Assembly: GCF_021028975.2 (NCBI RefSeq)
Contig: NC_059433.1
Location: 40,238,001 to 40,302,000, forward strand
Direction of reading: 5' to 3'
Origin: Sphaerodactylus townsendi
Taxonomy: Eukaryota
DNA length: 64,000 nucleotides
Both the position numbers and the translations under genes were made by a program. How positions within the stretch are numbered: the stretch's first letter is position 1; every line of letters begins with the position of its first letter. The notes under the pieces were generated by a model. It was not told the origin of the DNA, ran no database searches, and worked only from the letters and a program-made list of their open reading frames with translations. Positions 62,696-64,000 of this stretch are shown here, piece after piece.

Positions 62696-63622
62696 TCATG
62701 AACATTTAAGAAGTACAAAGGGCAAGCTTTCAGCCCAGTTATGACAAGAGGACACATTTCCGAGAAATAGGAGACCAACCCTCGAGTTTTCAAAACACGA
62801 CCTGATTCAACGCAAGATCAAAACTCAACTGATAGTGGCCCTGATGAGGGCAGAAAGGCAGGGTATAAATTTTGTAAACAATAATGTAAGTAATACCTAT
62901 TACTTACATTAGCCAGTTGCTGCACAAAGGGGTCAGATATCAGAGTCAAAGACATTGTGGCTTAAAATGGAAAGAAGCGCCAAATGGAAGAATTTTGTGA
63001 CACAAATGGGCAGGTGATATGATAGGCCTTTTCTGACTTTCACAATTCAGTGACAAATAACCCCATCCTAAGAGGGGAGGCAATCGTATTGTGGAAGCAG
63101 CCCACGCTAGTGAATTTGCCCTCCTTAGGGTACTTACCCTGGCAGAGAGGCAGACATGCCAGTGGGCAGCTGTCGTGGTGCCCAACATTTATGTCAGCGC
63201 TCTCACACTGTCGCTAGCTGCATTGGCACAGTGGGGGCATGATGGGGGGGCAGGGGGGTCTCAGGGGTAGTCAATGTTAGTCAGCTTCCACCCCAGGTTT
63301 GTGGCAGTTATGCTGTGGCTCCAGCTACTGGACTATTCCACGCTTTTGGGTGGCATAAGTCCATTGAGCCCAGTGGAGGGCGCTATTTGATGGTGGGTTT
63401 TTTTCCTTTGTTGTTTGCCTCCCCATGCTGCCAGAAAGCCCTCTTGAAGGCGGTGGGGTGGTGGCATTGCAGTGCCATTTCCTGCTGCAAGGACTCTGGA
63501 TGGGGCTGAAAAACAATTATTTTTTTTGGTTGCTAGGTTTCAAGCTGCTGCCACTTGTCTGTAATCTTTAATATTATCATCAACCAAGCTGAAAGACAAT
63601 AATACATTATCTCAAAACTTTA

Positions 63623-63793
<171 letters not shown>

Positions 63794-64000
63794 TTACTAG
63801 TTTCTGTCTATGGAAGATTCATGGCTGATATTCTTGGAATGCAAGGCCATTACTTAGATAAAACTAGACAACTGTCTTTAAATGCTTGTTAGCTAGAATC
63901 TCCAGAACAGCAATAAACCTTACAGGGTCTTCAGGCATATTGGATTCTACAGTTTTCCAATATTCTGGCTTTAATATGCATATATCACAATCTTATTTTG

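Noticed and set aside
63920-64000. Possible further GNAL exon (...NMPEDP|GTAAGG)
   Set aside because: It does not match the expected IEDYFPEY...PED sequence or the phase-1 junction. The real exon lies beyond the window.

Overview
Vertebrate genomic DNA, most likely a gecko or other squamate (inferred from Squam/Sauria-type SINEs, CR1 and a SPIN MITE). It covers the conserved CIDEA-IMPA2-MPPE1-GNAL block. I traced the exons by hand: CIDEA coding exon 1 (-), complete IMPA2 (-, 8 exons, 292 aa), complete MPPE1/PGAP5 (+, 9 coding exons, 399 aa) and the last two coding exons of GNAL (-). The main finding lies between IMPA2 and MPPE1, where I recall no protein-coding gene in human. It is an intact, phase-consistent multi-exon coiled-coil gene (+, about 31.8-43.1 kb, about 380 aa). 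Its C-terminus matches the extreme C-terminal motif of the ciliary transition-zone protein CEP290, and a near-perfect RFX X-box sits upstream. A second, weaker set of splice-bounded + strand segments between CIDEA and IMPA2 may be an unannotated or decaying gene. The rest is introns and intergenic DNA rich in SINEs, MITEs, LINE fragments and a solo LTR. Homology calls are from memory of reference proteins and repeat families, not from database searches.
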